64,000 bases of DNA from an uncultured cyanobacterium (lineage in GTDB: Bacteria > Cyanobacteriota > Cyanobacteriia > Cyanobacteriales > Nostocaceae): the NCBI GenBank assembly GCA_963706595.1, contig OY970166.1:4096001-4160000 (forward strand), written 5' to 3'. Position 1 is the stretch's first letter; each line of letters begins with the position of its first letter. The notes beneath the pieces are model-generated. The model was not told the origin of the DNA and searched no databases. It saw nothing but the letters and a program-made list of their open reading frames with translations. Of the stretch, positions 28,725 to 38,770 are shown piece after piece. Made by a program: the position numbers and the translations under genes.

Positions 28725-29807
28725 GTGCAAAATAGCATGTCATTGGCAGAACCAAATTCATATACACAGCGCAATCAACCAAAACCAATTCGCATAGGCG
28801 TAATTGGGGTAGGTAACATGGGACAACATCACGCTCGTATACTGAGTTCAATGAAAGATGTTGAACTGGTAGGTGTGTCAGATATTAATGTTGAACGAGG
28901 CTTAGAAACAGCTAGCAAATACAAAGGACATTTTTTTGAAGATTACTGTGACCTGCTACCCCATGTAGAAGCAGTTTGTGTTGCGGTCCCCACCCGCCTG
29001 CATTATGCAGTAGGCATCAACTGTCTGTTAGCAGGAATTCATGTTTTGATTGAAAAGCCCATTGCTGCCAGCATTTCTGAGGCAGAATCACTAGTAAATG
29101 CTGCCGCAGATTCTCAGTGCATTCTGCAAGTGGGACATATAGAGCGTTTCAATCCAGCATTTAAAGAACTGAGTAAAGTTCTCAAAACAGAAGATTTGCT
29201 CGCCCTAGAAGCTCATCGCATGAGTCCTTACTCAGACCGGGCCAATGATGTTTCAGTGGTGCTGGATTTAATGATTCACGACATTGACCTGCTATTGGAA
29301 CTAGCTGCTTCTCCAGTGGTAAAGTTAACTGCTAGCGGTACTCGGTCTTTGGATTCTGGTTATTTGGATTACGTGACAGCTACCCTGGGCTTTGCCAATG
29401 GTATTGTTGCCACTTTAACTGCCAGCAAAGTCACTCACCGCAAAATCCGCCGCATCGTGGCTCACTGCAAAAACTCATTTACAGAAGCGGATTTTCTCAA
29501 AAATGAGATTTTAATTCACCGACAAACAAATAACAACACTCTAAACGACCATCGACAAGTGCTTTACAGGCAAGATGGTTTGATCGAGAAAGTTTACACC
29601 ACTAATATTCAACCCCTGAGTGCAGAATTGGAACATTTTGTCAACTGTGTACACGGCGGCAATCAACCCTCAGTAGGTGGTGAACAAGCCCTGAAAGCTC
29701 TGAGATTGGCAAGTTTAATTGAGCAAATGGCCTTGGAAGATCGAGTGTTGAATCCATTAGACTGGCAATCTGAATTGAGAGTGCAGTCATTAACCCCAAT
29801 AGTCTAA
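28725..29807 (+). CDS. Gfo/Idh/MocA family oxidoreductase
   Basis: GVIGVGNMG, HVLIEKP, GHIERFNP and DLMIHDID; AGGAG RBS before GTG 28725. Confidence 0.92.
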   Translation: MQNSMSLAEPNSYTQRNQPKPIRIGVIGVGNMGQHHARILSSMKDVELVGVSDINVERGLETASKYKGHFFEDYCDLLPHVEAVCVAVPTRLHYAVGINCLLAGIHVLIEKPIAASISEAESLVNAAADSQCILQVGHIERFNPAFKELSKVLKTEDLLALEAHRMSPYSDRANDVSVVLDLMIHDIDLLLELAASPVVKLTASGTRSLDSGYLDYVTATLGFANGIVATLTASKVTHRKIRRIVAHCKNSFTEADFLKNEILIHRQTNNNTLNDHRQVLYRQDGLIEKVYTTNIQPLSAELEHFVNCVHGGNQPSVGGEQALKALRLASLIEQMALEDRVLNPLDWQSELRVQSLTPIV

Positions 29808-29827
29808 ACGAAGGGAATGGGGCATTA

Positions 29828-30038
29828 GGGAGAAAAGGCAGGGGAGAAGAGGAACGGGGGCAGGGTGCAGGGGAGAAGAGGAAAAGGGGCAGGGGGCAGG
29901 GGGCAGGGGAGAAGAAGAATGGTTGTTAAGTAACCGCAAGTTTAAAATAATTTCTTACTCCCCCTTGCTCCGGTGCGCCCTGCTCCCCTGCCTCTTAACT
30001 CCCCCTTGCTCCGTTGCTACAGTGACCCCCTGCCTCTT
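29828..30038. repeat. Composite STRR-armed inverted element with conserved core GAAT...TTAAGTAACCG.AAGTTTAAAATAATTTCTTACTCCCCC
   Basis: Close copy at about 51737-51882 and a variant at about 32990-33180. Confidence 0.8.
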
Positions 30039-30188
30039 TTTGTCACAAATATTACGCTGAAATTGCTGTTAATGGCTTGGGGAATGTAGAAAGCCCAGAG
30101 CTTCAGGCAAAGCCGGCTTGGGGTAGTTCATGAAAGTTAAGCTAAAGTTATCCACGAGACTGGTGCGACAATTTTAGGAATAAATTCA

Positions 30189-30803
30189 ATGCTCGAATGG
30201 ATAATTAATACTATTAACTCTCTGGGCTATTGGGGAATCGCGCTGCTGATGTTTATCGAGAACCTCTTTCCCCCCATTCCTTCAGAATTGATTATGCCAC
30301 TAGCAGGATTTACGGCTAGGGCAACCCCGGACAAGCTCAATATCTTTGGCGTATTTTTCGCCGGGCTTTTAGGTTCTGTAGTAGGAGCGCTGATCTGGTA
30401 CTATCCAGGTAAGTTTTTGAGTGAACAGCGTTTAATAACTTTAGCTGACAAGTACGGAAAGTGGTTGACGATATCTGGACAGGATATCACTAAGGCCAAG
30501 AACTGGTTTGACAACCAAGGTAGCAAAGCGGTGTTCATTGGTCGCCTTGTACCGGGAGTCCGCACTTTGATTTCTGTTCCCGCAGGCATCAGCAATATGC
30601 ACTTACTGCCATTTGTATTTTATACAACTCTGGGTAGCGCTGTCTGGGTCGGTTTGCTAACATACTTAGGATACGTATTGGGTAGTCAGTATGAACTTGT
30701 AGAAAAGTACCTTGCCCCTGTATCTAAAATTGTGCTTGGGAGTCTGGTACTGGCATTTTTTGGCTGGATACTCAAACGCCAACAGAAAAGCACTAGAAGC
30801 TGA
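30189..30803 (+). CDS. DedA family membrane protein
   Basis: ENLFPPIPSE and GRLVPGVRTLISVPAG motifs. Confidence 0.93.
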   Translation: MLEWIINTINSLGYWGIALLMFIENLFPPIPSELIMPLAGFTARATPDKLNIFGVFFAGLLGSVVGALIWYYPGKFLSEQRLITLADKYGKWLTISGQDITKAKNWFDNQGSKAVFIGRLVPGVRTLISVPAGISNMHLLPFVFYTTLGSAVWVGLLTYLGYVLGSQYELVEKYLAPVSKIVLGSLVLAFFGWILKRQQKSTRS

Positions 30804-31064
30804 AATGTGCGGCTTTTAGGTGAAATTGGGGGTTACATCTCGTCAAAATTAACTTACACTATGCCAAATAATGCTGAATTGGCGTTGGCAATCGCGCCAC
30901 CTCTCGTAGAGAAGCCCATAACACCGAAAGGTGTAGCCTCAACGAAACATTTGCCGTAATTCTAGCTACACTTGACGGAGCCGAGAATTTTTGGTGTCTC
31001 GAATGTTTGTCAGATAGGCATGATAAATTTTTAAAGTTAAGTTAACTAAGGATTAGGAGCTTTC

Positions 31065-32216
31065 ATGACAGACCAACCTTCCGCAGCTACCCCAATGAAT
31101 GCCGCTGCCATACCTCTAAATAGGGTGTCAGCATCTACCCCGATGAATGCTAATCCTGCCACCAATAGACCAAATACTGGAGCCGGTAAAACCATTCTCA
31201 GTGTTGATTTAGGCAGAACTTCTACCAAAACTTGTATCAGCCGCGAAGCAGCTAGTGTAGTGTTCGTACCTGCCAATGTTAAGAAAATGTCCATAGAACA
31301 GGTTCGGGGTGGCGTTTTTGAAGCCAGGGCTACTGACCCTCTGATGGATTTATGGCTAGAGTATCAAGGCAATGGATATGCTGTTGGTCAGCTAGCAGCA
31401 GACTTTGGCGCGAATTTAGGAGTCGGCCAATCTAAAGTAGAGGATGCACTCATAAAAGTTTTGGCAAGTGCCGGCTACTTCAAGCTTAAAGACGAAATCT
31501 CAGTTATCCTCGGTCTTCCTTTCCTTTCTTTAGAACAATTTGAAAAGGAAAAAGCTCAGTTGACTAGCCAGGTAACTGGTCCCCATGTCTTGAACTTCCG
31601 AGGCGAATCTTTATCGCTGAATATTACTAAAGTTTGGGTAATGCCAGAAGGTTATGGCAGTCTGCTTTGGTCGGAAGCTCAACCGAAGACAGGTGCTAGA
31701 GTCCCCGATTTCACGAAAATTTCGGTAGCAGTCGTCGATATTGGACATCAAACCATCGACCTTTTGATGGTAGATAACTTCCGTTTTGCTCGCGGTGCTT
31801 CTCAAAGTGAAGATTTTGGGATGAACAAGTTCTATGAAATGGTAGCCGCCGAAATAGACGGAGCTGATAGTCAATCTTTAGCACTGATTACTGCCGTCAA
31901 CAAACCCAAAGGTGAACGCTTCTATCGTCCTAAAGGTGCAAGCAAGCCCACCAATCTGGATGATTTTCTCCCCAACCTGATAGAAATGTTTTCTCGAGAC
32001 ATTTGTAGTCGTGTGTTGGCTTGGTTGCCAGAGCGAGTTACGGATGTAATTATCACTGGCGGCGGTGGTGAATTCTTCTGGGAAGACGTTCAACGCTTAC
32101 TCAAAGAAGCCCAAATTAATGCCCATTTATCTGCACCTTCCCGCCAAGCTAACGCCTTGGGGCAGTATATTTATGGAGAGGCGCAATTGTCCGCCGTTCG
32201 AGCTGCTAGGGCTTAA
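31065..32216 (+). CDS. parM: Chromosomal ParM/StbA actin-like ATPase (CorM-type)
   Basis: VDLGRTSTK, MPEGYG, VVDIGHQT and ITGGGG actin-fold motifs. Confidence 0.88.
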   Translation: MTDQPSAATPMNAAAIPLNRVSASTPMNANPATNRPNTGAGKTILSVDLGRTSTKTCISREAASVVFVPANVKKMSIEQVRGGVFEARATDPLMDLWLEYQGNGYAVGQLAADFGANLGVGQSKVEDALIKVLASAGYFKLKDEISVILGLPFLSLEQFEKEKAQLTSQVTGPHVLNFRGESLSLNITKVWVMPEGYGSLLWSEAQPKTGARVPDFTKISVAVVDIGHQTIDLLMVDNFRFARGASQSEDFGMNKFYEMVAAEIDGADSQSLALITAVNKPKGERFYRPKGASKPTNLDDFLPNLIEMFSRDICSRVLAWLPERVTDVIITGGGGEFFWEDVQRLLKEAQINAHLSAPSRQANALGQYIYGEAQLSAVRAARA

Positions 32217-32221
32217 AACTG

Positions 32222-32701
32222 ATGTTCCAATGGTCAAAAAAGGTAGTTAAATCGGTCACGTTCAACCCAGAAGTTGCTGATGAGAGCTTGTTAGGAGTTG
32301 TGGAAAATTATTTGGAGCAACTACCTGACAAAACTTTTAGCGACATCTGTAAAGAAGCCCTATGGCAATCTTTATGTGTACCAAAAACTGTAAAACCTAG
32401 TCCAACAACAGCAGCAACAGACTCGGTTGAAAAAAAAATCGATGCGTTGCAACGTCAAGTGGCTGACCTAGAGGAACGTTTTTTTGCTCAGGAATCTCAT
32501 CGTTTGGAGTCGATAGAACGCCATATTTTGCAACTTACCCAACAAATGGCGAATTTGGCAATTATGGTCACTGAGCGTCCAGTTATTCAGTCTTCAACTC
32601 CATCAGTACCAGAAGTAGCTAATACTACTTATGCTGATAACCCTCCTGAAGAGGTTGATCCCGTCATCAGCCGCTTAAGTCAGTTTCTTGATGATTTCTA
32701 A
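32222..32701 (+). CDS. parR: ParR-like partner (CorR-type) with N-terminal amphipathic segment and coiled coil
   Basis: 5 nt downstream of parM; MFQWSKKVVK start, RHH-like VTF...FSDICKEAL, C-terminal DPVISRLSQFLDDF. Confidence 0.75.
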   Translation: MFQWSKKVVKSVTFNPEVADESLLGVVENYLEQLPDKTFSDICKEALWQSLCVPKTVKPSPTTAATDSVEKKIDALQRQVADLEERFFAQESHRLESIERHILQLTQQMANLAIMVTERPVIQSSTPSVPEVANTTYADNPPEEVDPVISRLSQFLDDF

Positions 32702-32741
32702 GAATGAATTAGGTTTGTGAGCATTTTTTGCTCCTGTAAGC

Positions 32742-32771
32742 AATCCTTAATAGTTTTTACTATTAAGGATT
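32742..32771. terminator. Perfect 13-bp inverted repeat after parR (terminator or protein-binding site)
   Basis: AATCCTTAATAGT-TTTT-ACTATTAAGGATT. Confidence 0.5.
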
Positions 32772-33618
32772 ATTAATATTTTATAAATTTTAGCTTAAGT
32801 AAATTTGCTGTAGTAACATTACACCAAAGTTACAATAATTTGCAACTTATAAGCAAGTTTTTCCTATTGCAACTATCAGCTAAGTTGATATTCAGCAGAT
32901 TTCATCTGAGTGAAGTACACAAGGGCGGGCATCTTTGACCTCCCCACAAGATTTTATGAATGCTGGGGAGTGGGGAGTGGGGAGTGGGGACTAGGGAGTA
33001 GAAGAAAAGGGGCAGGGGCAGGGGAGAAGAGGAACGGGAGCAGGATGCAGGGGGCAGAGGAGAAGAGGAATGGTTGTGAAGTAAGCGAACGTACAGTAAT
33101 TTCTTACTCCCCCTTGCTCCCTGCTCCCTGCTCCCCTGCCTCTTCACTCCCCCCTTGCTCCCTGCTCCCTGCTCCCCTGCCTACCTCAGCAATGGGATAT
33201 TTTTTAATTGGAAGTCCCTTAACCTCCTTGGCGGTTGCTATATGTACTTTAGATTAAGAAATGTTAAGAAATTCTTATTAAAGAATATTGCAATACCTTG
33301 ATTTAATTGTTAGGGTGTGTATTGGTAACGATGCTGGTGAACGCTCTGAATTTAGGAGAGACAAAACCTATGAGCTATGTCCATTCAGCCAATTGTGTCA
33401 AGTGTTGATTTTTTATTTGAAAAATCAGGCAGAAATGTTTTGAATAAACAATGCAGATTAGTTCAAGAATATTTCGTTGCCAAAGGCTTATTTACTTTTT
33501 GAGTTCAATAACGACTGATTAATGGTCTTACCTTGTGCAAGCAAGCGAGTAGCTTTGATTGTGTCTGTCGGCAATCACTAAGAGTAGGGTAAGACACCAA
33601 TTTTGGAGGTTAAAACCG

Positions 33619-34470
33619 ATGAATATTCAAGGCAAAGTTGCTCTGATTACTGGGGCTTCCCGTGGTATTGGTAAGGCGATCGCACTTGCACTAGCACAAC
33701 GAGGGATCAAGCGGTTGATTTTAGTAGCACGCGATCGCCAAAAATTAACCGCAGTAGCTCACCAAATCGAGGCTATGGGCGTAGAAACCACCATCTTGTC
33801 TATTGATTTAACTAAAACAATTGAAGTCAACATTGCCGTAGCCCAATTGTGGCGCAACTATGGACCCATTCATCTCCTGGTTAATTGTGCAGGTGTCGCC
33901 TATCAAACCTCCTTCTTGCAAACCAAACTACCCCAAGTGCAAGAAGAACTTTCAGTCAATTTATTGGGAATGTACAACCTCACCAGCCTCATAGCCCGGC
34001 GCATGGTGAGCCAAAAAGAAGGGACAATCGTCAATGTGTCCAGTTTGATGGGGAAAGTAGCTGCACCGACAATGGCGACTTACTCAGCTACCAAATTTGC
34101 CATCATCGGCTTTACCCAAGCCTTGCGGCGCGAACTCGCGGAACACAACATCCGGGTAATTGCCTTATTACCCACTCTCACAGACACAGATATGGCGCGG
34201 GACTTAAAATTATTTCGCTGGGTGATCCCCATGAACCCCGAACAAGTAGCGCAGGTACTCGTCTCTGGGTTGCAAAAAGATGCACCAGAAATTCTAGTTG
34301 GTTGGCAAAGTCATTTAGCGGTTTGGTGTCAACGGTTAGCCCCTTGGCTGTTAGAAATAATTTTACAAATCGCCACTCCGCCCACCTTGGCAAAACCACA
34401 GCGTCCTGCAAAACGCAGTTTTATGAGAAAAATTTATCGTTTTAGCGATCTCTTATGGTCAAGAACATGA
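33619..34470 (+). CDS. Short-chain dehydrogenase/reductase
   Basis: TGASRGIG, NCAG and YSATK; GGAGG RBS. Confidence 0.93.
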   Translation: MNIQGKVALITGASRGIGKAIALALAQRGIKRLILVARDRQKLTAVAHQIEAMGVETTILSIDLTKTIEVNIAVAQLWRNYGPIHLLVNCAGVAYQTSFLQTKLPQVQEELSVNLLGMYNLTSLIARRMVSQKEGTIVNVSSLMGKVAAPTMATYSATKFAIIGFTQALRRELAEHNIRVIALLPTLTDTDMARDLKLFRWVIPMNPEQVAQVLVSGLQKDAPEILVGWQSHLAVWCQRLAPWLLEIILQIATPPTLAKPQRPAKRSFMRKIYRFSDLLWSRT

Positions 34471-34519
34471 ATTCTCTCTCTTTCTAAAATGTGATAATTT
34501 TATCCGGCGGTCAATCACT

Positions 34520-35089
34520 TTAACTTTTCAGATAAAAACGGCAATACCCCACCAGGTAGAACACATTGACCGCAATTAGCATTCCCTTACCCCAGTTTGT
34601 TAACGTAGAGCTAAATAGGTAAATCGTAGCTAAGAATACTAGTAGAATTTCCACCAAAGCGGCAATAGTACCATAATGATTGCGATCCCAATAAGAAACG
34701 GGACTGATAAAACGGTAATTACTCAAAGGAAAAAAGTGCCGATGCGCGTCGTTGTTGTGGACTGGGAAATCTAACAAAGAATGTAGCACCATACTAATTA
34801 AGCCAATCTCTATCAGTTGCCAATTCCAGAAATGGGCAATCAACACGCCCAGCACAGCCAGGGGAACTGAATGAAACGTACTCACAAGACCTTGCCAAAA
34901 AGGCTGATAATAAACCTCTGACCAAATCTGCTTTTCTGGTAGACGGTAAACAAACTTCATCAGCAAGTAGAACACAAAGATGGGAACATCTGGTAAGACC
35001 GCACCGATGAGAATCGCCGGACTTGCCTGATCTCGTAGTTGTTGATTAAAAATGACCAAATTGAGAATTGCATGGCTGGGAGTATTCAT
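34520..35089 (-). CDS. Membrane-bound putative metal-dependent hydrolase (YdjM-like)
   Basis: TPSH, GAVLPD, FHS and HSLLD..H motifs with TM helices. Confidence 0.7.
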   Translation of the reverse strand: MNTPSHAILNLVIFNQQLRDQASPAILIGAVLPDVPIFVFYLLMKFVYRLPEKQIWSEVYYQPFWQGLVSTFHSVPLAVLGVLIAHFWNWQLIEIGLISMVLHSLLDFPVHNNDAHRHFFPLSNYRFISPVSYWDRNHYGTIAALVEILLVFLATIYLFSSTLTNWGKGMLIAVNVFYLVGYCRFYLKS

Positions 35090-35138
35090 GTAATCGGTGC
35101 AAAATGAATAAATTTAACTTATTTCGGAGCAATCATAA

Positions 35139-36635
35139 ATGCTGACATTGCCTACCACGCTGCCTGTTCTGCCCGAAATCATCGATAATTTACCAAATAT
35201 TTCCGGTTGGGAAACAGAGGTGCTTTCTGTAGTTAACCATGATGCACCTGTCTTTTTACCCTCCACAAATATCCGCCTAGAGGATGTAAAAGCTGTATTT
35301 GCGATCGCCTTACACATGCACCAGCCCACAATCCCGGCTGGACATGATGGCGGCTTAATCAGCAATCTGCAATATATGTTTGAGCATACCCACGAAGGGG
35401 ATAACCATAACGCCGCACCTTTCGCCCATTGTTACAGCCGCATGGGAGATTTGATCCCCGAACTCGTTAATCAAGGTTGCAACCCCCGTGTGATGTTGGA
35501 TTACTCAGGTAATCTTCTGTGGGGACTCAGACAAATGGGACGCAATGATATTTTAGATAATCTCAAACGCATCACCTGCGATCGCACCTATCAACCTTAT
35601 GTAGAATGGTTGGGAACAATGTGGGGTCATGCGGTGATTCCTTCCACACCCATATCTGATCTTAAATTGCATATAGTGGCATGGCAACATCATTTTGCCG
35701 CCATTTTTGGTTGGGACGCACTAGCGAGAGTTAAAGGATTTTCTCCCCCAGAAATGCACCTCCCAAATCATCCTGATACTTTATTTGCATTTATTAAAGC
35801 CCTGAAAGAATGCGGCTATCGCTGGTTACTTGTACAAGAACATTCCGTAGAAACAATTAGCGGACAATCTCTGACTCACAAACACTTACCACATCGTTTA
35901 ATTGCCCGTAATTCCCACGGCGAAACAATTAGTATTACCGCCTTAATTAAAACCCAAGGTTCAGATACTAAATTAGTTGCTCAGATGCAGCCTTATTATG
36001 AAGCTAAAACTTTAGACAAACAACAAGTAGGAAAGGTCTTAATTCCACCCATTGTTAGTCAAATTGGGGATGGTGAAAACGGTGGGGTAATGATGAATGA
36101 ATTTCCCAGTGCTTTCAAACAAGCTTGGGGAGATATGGTCAATAATGGAGGAGGTAAATCTGGCGTTGTTGGGGTGTGTGGTACAGAATATTTAGAATTA
36201 ATCACAGCCGCAGGTTGTCAACCCGAAGACTATCCCACCTGTCAGCCAGTAGGACAACATCAAATTTGGCAAAGAGTTTCACCTGAAAACTGCCAACCTG
36301 AGACTGTAGAAACTGCCATTCAAGAATTAAAGCAAATCAACCCTAACTTTCATCTCGATGGCGCTTCATGGACAAATCATATTAGTTGGGTAAAAGGATA
36401 TGAAAATGTCATCTCTCCCATGTATGAATTAAGCAGTTTATTTCACCAACAGGTAGATAACATATTGTCCACTAATTCATCCGCATACCGTAATCTGCTT
36501 TTACATAACCTGTTGCTGCAAACTAGCTGTTTTCGTTATTGGGGACAAGGTTCCTGGACTGACCATGCGCGCAATATTCACCAAAGGGGCGAAAACTTGC
36601 TACAAACCATATCTAAATCTCAACAAAAAGTGTGA
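35139..36635 (+). CDS. Glycoside hydrolase family 57 protein
   Basis: HMHQP (CSR1), GFSPPEM and DGENGG motifs. Confidence 0.88.
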   Translation: MLTLPTTLPVLPEIIDNLPNISGWETEVLSVVNHDAPVFLPSTNIRLEDVKAVFAIALHMHQPTIPAGHDGGLISNLQYMFEHTHEGDNHNAAPFAHCYSRMGDLIPELVNQGCNPRVMLDYSGNLLWGLRQMGRNDILDNLKRITCDRTYQPYVEWLGTMWGHAVIPSTPISDLKLHIVAWQHHFAAIFGWDALARVKGFSPPEMHLPNHPDTLFAFIKALKECGYRWLLVQEHSVETISGQSLTHKHLPHRLIARNSHGETISITALIKTQGSDTKLVAQMQPYYEAKTLDKQQVGKVLIPPIVSQIGDGENGGVMMNEFPSAFKQAWGDMVNNGGGKSGVVGVCGTEYLELITAAGCQPEDYPTCQPVGQHQIWQRVSPENCQPETVETAIQELKQINPNFHLDGASWTNHISWVKGYENVISPMYELSSLFHQQVDNILSTNSSAYRNLLLHNLLLQTSCFRYWGQGSWTDHARNIHQRGENLLQTISKSQQKV

Positions 36636-36848
36636 ATTAGCGGATTTATCGCACTTTTTAAACTTGAACTAGTTTGTGTTTATAGCTACAAATAAACATT
36701 ACAATTAACTCAACTACAGACAGACTGTATAGTTTAATATGTCTGCCTTCAGAACGGTTAAGCCTTAATCTATAATCGCTAAATTGGCCTTAGATGAAAG
36801 CACGCACCAAGATTGACTTAATCGTTCTTATCTAAGGAGAATATTAAT

Positions 36849-37649
36849 ATGGTTGAAAGTAAACAGGCTACAAATAATCAGACTGAAAATGTTAACCGCA
36901 CCACTACAGACCAATCTTGCGTCGGGACAACAAGAACGGATATGGGAGGGGTATCGAGTACAGAAGAGGTTAACCGCACAACGACAGGCGAATCCCGTTC
37001 TGGTGACGTAAAAAGCGGATATCGATCCGAAACTCGCTCAGAAAACGGCAGAATGAATTCGGCATTAAGTAGAGCTTTGATAGGTGGACTTATTGGTGGA
37101 ACTTTGGGATCATTAGCTGGCGCTTTAGCTGGGAGAAGAATTGGTGAAGGATTTAACCACACGATGAAAGGTGTGGGAGAAGCAGCAAAAACTATCGGCG
37201 AAGGTCTTGGTCATACTGCAAAAGGTGTAGGAGACGTAGCCAAGAGTTTTGCTGAAGGTGCTAGCCATGCGGTTGTTGGTGGTGCGGTAGAAACAGCCCA
37301 AGGTGCTGCGGAGGGAGTTAAGCAAACCGCAGTCAGCACATTAGACGCAGTACAGAAGACGGCGCAGAACGTTAACCAAGCGGTACAAGACACGACTGAA
37401 TGGACAAAGCAAGCCGCAGAAAATTCTCAAATTTCTAAAAATGGGGGTCAGCAAGATAGCCAGGACACTCAAAATCAAGATGTTGGTATGGGTCAGCGAG
37501 AAACTAGTACCCAATCGATCTACATTTCCACTCCAGAATATGCAGAAGGATATGTCGGTGAAACAACAACTTTTATAAATGAGAACAATTCTGTAGAGCC
37601 TTTTGAAGATAGCTCACTTGCAGAAGAGATTCATCGGATTGATAGTTAA
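36849..37649 (+). CDS. Gly-zipper-anchored LEA/YtxH-like hydrophilic protein
   Basis: AAGGAG RBS; IGGLIGGTLGSLAGALAG followed by amphipathic repeats. Confidence 0.75.
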   Translation: MVESKQATNNQTENVNRTTTDQSCVGTTRTDMGGVSSTEEVNRTTTGESRSGDVKSGYRSETRSENGRMNSALSRALIGGLIGGTLGSLAGALAGRRIGEGFNHTMKGVGEAAKTIGEGLGHTAKGVGDVAKSFAEGASHAVVGGAVETAQGAAEGVKQTAVSTLDAVQKTAQNVNQAVQDTTEWTKQAAENSQISKNGGQQDSQDTQNQDVGMGQRETSTQSIYISTPEYAEGYVGETTTFINENNSVEPFEDSSLAEEIHRIDS

Positions 37650-38050
37650 ACTCAAGCAAATTTTGCAGTTAATAAGCTTTCAATCTGGGTCAGATGAGAA
37701 TAATTAACCGCCGATAAATTCAGATGTTTAATTGTTTTATTTGGTGTTTTTGACATCAGCTATCCTTAATTCAAGAATATGGAAATATGTCCTAATTCTT
37801 CTGTTTTTTCTCTCACGAATAAATCAGGTATCTTAAACTAAATATCCTGTTTATTTTGTCTTTTGGTTGGATAAATAGTTGGTCTGGAATTACTGATATC
37901 TTGCACTAAGTCACGGTCTGCGCTTTCCAGTCGCTTGGTGCAAGCTATCAGCGCCCCAGCAAGGCGATTACAAGCCCGCAAAAAATGATAGAAAAATATT
38001 GAGATTGAAAACCTCAAATCCTTACCCTGAAAATAAATCAAGAGGTATTG

Positions 38051-38650
38051 ATGATGAATGGAAATCAGCAGTTTTCGGATAGGCTTGAAGACAATCAAGA
38101 TTTGCGTACAAATCAAGCTGATGTTAATAGAGTAACTCCAGAATCAAGTAACGAGTTCTCTAAAATAGTATTTGGAACCGTTATGGGTGCTACTTTAGGC
38201 GCATTAGCTGGGGCTTTAGCGATGAGAGGTGCAGACCAAAAAGTTAACGAAACTATTAAAAATTTCGGGAACTTAGTTAAGGGTACGACTAATAATTTTA
38301 ATCAAACTGTAAAAGCTGTAGGGAATGCAATCAAGACTGTAGCGGAGGGTGTTAACGATACTGTCAAAGATGTGAGTGAAGCTGTTAAGGGGACAGCCGT
38401 GGATGTTAATGATACTGTCAAAGATACGATGGTAAATATGAAAGGTACGGCAGTAGATGTTACAGACACGGTACAAAATACGGCGGAGATTGTTAAGGGA
38501 GCAAATCAAGGTATTAGCGATACTATTCAAGGAACTGTAAACATAGCTAAAAATGTTGTTTCAGATGTAAAACCATCTAGTAGTCAAAACGTTAATCCAC
38601 CTAGTAATCAGACTGCGTATATTTTGGTTCCTGTGGACAAGCAAAAGTAA
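38051..38650 (+). CDS. Gly-zipper-anchored protein with 11-mer amphipathic repeats (paralog-like to the previous gene)
   Basis: FGTVMGATLGALAGALA; V.DTVK..11-residue periodicity. Confidence 0.75.
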   Translation: MMNGNQQFSDRLEDNQDLRTNQADVNRVTPESSNEFSKIVFGTVMGATLGALAGALAMRGADQKVNETIKNFGNLVKGTTNNFNQTVKAVGNAIKTVAEGVNDTVKDVSEAVKGTAVDVNDTVKDTMVNMKGTAVDVTDTVQNTAEIVKGANQGISDTIQGTVNIAKNVVSDVKPSSSQNVNPPSNQTAYILVPVDKQK

Positions 38651-38770
38651 ATTTAGGAAACACCAGAAAATAAATTATCCCATCTTGTGGGATGGGCATT
38701 ATTTGACTGAGCGATGATTAGCAGGCATCTTTGCCCGTTCCATAAGCAGAAATTTAGGAATATTTTTTTA

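Noticed and set aside
32809..32823. NtcA site TGTAGTAACATTACA
   Set aside because: Spacer is 7 nt, not the required 8
33619..34470. hetN
   Set aside because: SDR fold, but it lacks the RGSGR pentapeptide (has SQKEGT at that position)
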